A DNA stretch of 64,000 nt from Cyanophora paradoxa CCMP329 (Eukaryota > Plantae > Glaucophyta). The notes beneath the pieces are model-generated. The model made no database searches. It saw nothing but the letters and a program-made list of their open reading frames with translations, and was not told where the DNA came from. Location: contig QPMI01000453.1 in the NCBI GenBank assembly GCA_004431415.1, positions 558,001 to 622,000 of the forward strand. Reading direction: 5' to 3'. The translations under genes were made by a program, and so were the position numbers. Each line of letters opens with the position of its first letter. Position 1 is the first letter of the stretch. This document shows, piece by piece, positions 61,783-64,000 of this stretch.

Positions 61783-62164
61783 GCGGGCACGTGCACGGCC
61801 CTAGCTAGCTAGCTAGCTAGCCAGGGGCGCCGCCGGGCCGCTATCGCTCCGCGCCCCTTGACGGCTTTATTCTTTCTTTCAAAGTTTCAAAGGACCTCTC
61901 ATGATCATGATCAAGCTTGCACCGCAAGCTTAAGCTGAAGTCGCCGCGCGCGCGCGTTGCTGAAGGGCGTTGGGAGCCCAGGGCTCGACAGGGCCCCCAA
62001 CTCGCCGCCTAGGCCTAGCTATAGGCGGGCCTAGGGGGCCAACTACCCGCCAGTTGGGGGCCCGGGGCCTAGGCGCTCGTCGCCACTGGCGACGAGACGA
62101 ACCAGGCCCGGCCGCGCCCCTTGTCCTTCTTTCTTTGATTCCAACAAGCTCAACTGTTAAATTA

Positions 62165-62232
62165 AAGGACGTTCTCGGGCCTCACTGGGGCGGCCTCGAG
62201 CTCGCCGGGGGCCAGGCCGAGGTCCGAGAGGC
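62165..62232 (-). repeat. Degenerate downstream duplicate of the RluE last-exon end (62341-62402)
   Basis: ggacgttctcgggcctcactggggcggcctcg(agctcg)ccgggggccaggccgag versus ggacgtcctcgggcctgaccggggcggcctcgccgggggccaggccgag. Confidence 0.8.
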
Positions 62233-62335
62233 GGGGCCAGGGGCCAGGCCACGCCCCTTCTCCTCCTTTCTTTGATTTCAAAACCTCCTTTCTTTGATAT
62301 CAAGAGCACTGAATCACTAGAGGGCCTCGCTCAAG

Positions 62336-64000
62336 CTAGAGGACGTCCTCGGGCCTGACCGGGGCGGCCTCGCCGGGGGCCAGGCCGAGTTCCGAGAGGC
62401 GGAGGCGCCCGACGGCCGTGCGGACGAGCCGCAGCGTCGGGAGGCCGACGTGCGCCGTCATGCGCCGCACCTGCCTGCGCAAACTAAGCCGAAAAGCCCG
62501 GGCCGGGTCTCGAGGAGAAGCTAGGGCGCGTGCGCCCGCCGCAGGCTAAGCGGAGCTGAGCTCGGAAGTAGCTAGCTTGGGCCCGGCCGGCCCGGCGGCT
62601 TCGGGCGCGCGCGGGGGGCCGGGCCGGGCCGCGGCGGAGGCCTAGGATAAGCTAGGGCGCGGGCTAAGCGGAGCTGAGCTTGGGTCGGCCCAAGTGACTT
62701 GGGGCGTGCGCGGGGGGGCTACGCTTCGCTAAGCCGAGGAGCCCGGGCCGGCTAGAGGCCCGGCGGCTCCGGACGCGCGGCGTGCGCCGCCCGCCGCAGG
62801 CTAAGACTAGAGAACTCGCGGCCGGCTTGGGGCTAAGACCGCAGGCTAGCTCGGGCGGGCTCGAGGATAAGGGGCCGGGGCGCACCGGCTCGAGGATAAG
62901 CTAGGGCGCGCCGGGGGGGAGGGGGGGGGAGGGGGGGAGGGGGGGGGCTAGTGCTTAAGGGGACGGGCACTGCCGGGCTGGAGGGGAGGGGGGGGGGAAG
63001 GGGGGGGGTGCGCACCGGTTCTTGCCCTCGGTCAGGGTCAGCTCCAGCCAGCTCGTCGGGATCGCTTTGCGGAAGCGCACGGGCGGCTCCCTGCGCCCTC
63101 GCGTGGTTCGCGGGGCGGGGCGCTAAGGGCCGGGCCGGGGCGGGCCGGGGCGGGGCGGGGCGGGGCGGGGCGGGGCGGGGCGGGCCTGGGCCAGAAGGAG
63201 GCCTCGACGGCGGGGTCGAGGAGGCGGGCGAGGCAGGGGCGGACTCGCCCCAGGCGGGCGCCCACCTCCCCGCCCGCCCGCAGCGCCGCCAGCCGCTCGT
63301 CGTCGTCGCCCTCCACCAGACCTTCCACCTGAGACAGGGGCGATCGGGGGCGCGGGGCGGGGCGCGCGGGCGGGGCGGGCGGAGGCTCGACGCGCGCGCC
63401 TGGACGGTGTAGGTTCGCGGGTGGCCGCGGCGCGGGTCGAGGTACCGATCGATGAAGGCGCGGTCGTCGGACAGGAGCAGAAGCCCCTCTGAGTCGCTGC
63501 GCGGACCGGGCGGCCGGGCGCGCGCGTCAGAGAGCGCGGCGCAGGCATGGTTCGCTGCATAGAGCGCGCGCGCGCGCGCCTGTCCAGGCGCCCGACTGGG
63601 TAGACTCCGGGCGGCAGATCGAAGTCGGAGAGCGTGCGCATCCGCTCGTTCGTCGCGTTCGACGGCGTCGTGAACTGCGAGACCACGTCGTAGGGCTTGC
63701 AGAAGGCGATGAGGAGGCCGCGCCCCGCGGGGGCCGGCCGCGGCGTCCGCGCTGGCGCCCTTGAGCGCGCGAAGGGGCGCGAAGCTGCGCTGGGATCGCG
63801 CCGAGACCTCGCCACGCCCTCGCCGCGGCCCGCCGGCCCCTCGGCCGGCCGATCTCTCCTGCGCCGGGGCGGCGCCGGGCTGCGCTCCTCCGCCGCGAGC
63901 ACCGGCTCGATGTGCAGCGGTCGCGCGAAGGTCAACGGCGCCGGCAATCGCCCGTACGAGCCCAGGAGCGGCGGAGACCAGCTGCGCCCGAGCCGGAGCG
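62336..64000 (-). CDS. RsuA/RluE-type pseudouridine synthase (5' end outside the window)
   Basis: [20 protein letters not shown] | [18 protein letters not shown] | [27 protein letters not shown] | [18 protein letters not shown]. Confidence 0.93.

Overview
GC-rich, intron-dense eukaryotic nuclear DNA with short introns (mostly GTGCG donors, CTGAC-like branch points, CAG acceptors). Most long ORFs in the supplied track are shadow frames, so genes were rebuilt by hand-splicing; family calls rest on recalled motifs, not database searches. A Phe-containing plastid transit peptide (MALF...), cyanobacterial-type genes and flagellar genes together suggest a flagellated primary alga, most plausibly a glaucophyte (inference). 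The window has four zones. (1) 1-15.3 kb is a rearranged accessory zone with three copies of an unrecognised Cys-rich repeat gene, inverted duplications and nested MITE-like elements. (2) 15.9-48.9 kb holds 14 genes in strict strand alternation, including a bacterial-type methyltransferase, an MFS transporter, cytosolic HSP70, a JMJD5-like protein, a Kelch protein, an M15 peptidoglycan peptidase, a tandem CcbP-like protein, an OSBP, a CCDC66-like protein and a PWWP protein. (3) 49-56 kb is a decaying zone with a Zn alcohol dehydrogenase and pseudogenes. (4) 56-64 kb holds PIERCE-like, HHL1-like, a damaged NDUFAF7-like, ERp29-like and RluE-like genes. The most notable signals are a recurrent +6 nt inverted-triplication mutation (X to X-X'-X), the Cys-rich gene family, and intron-containing M15 and CcbP-like genes of bacterial type.
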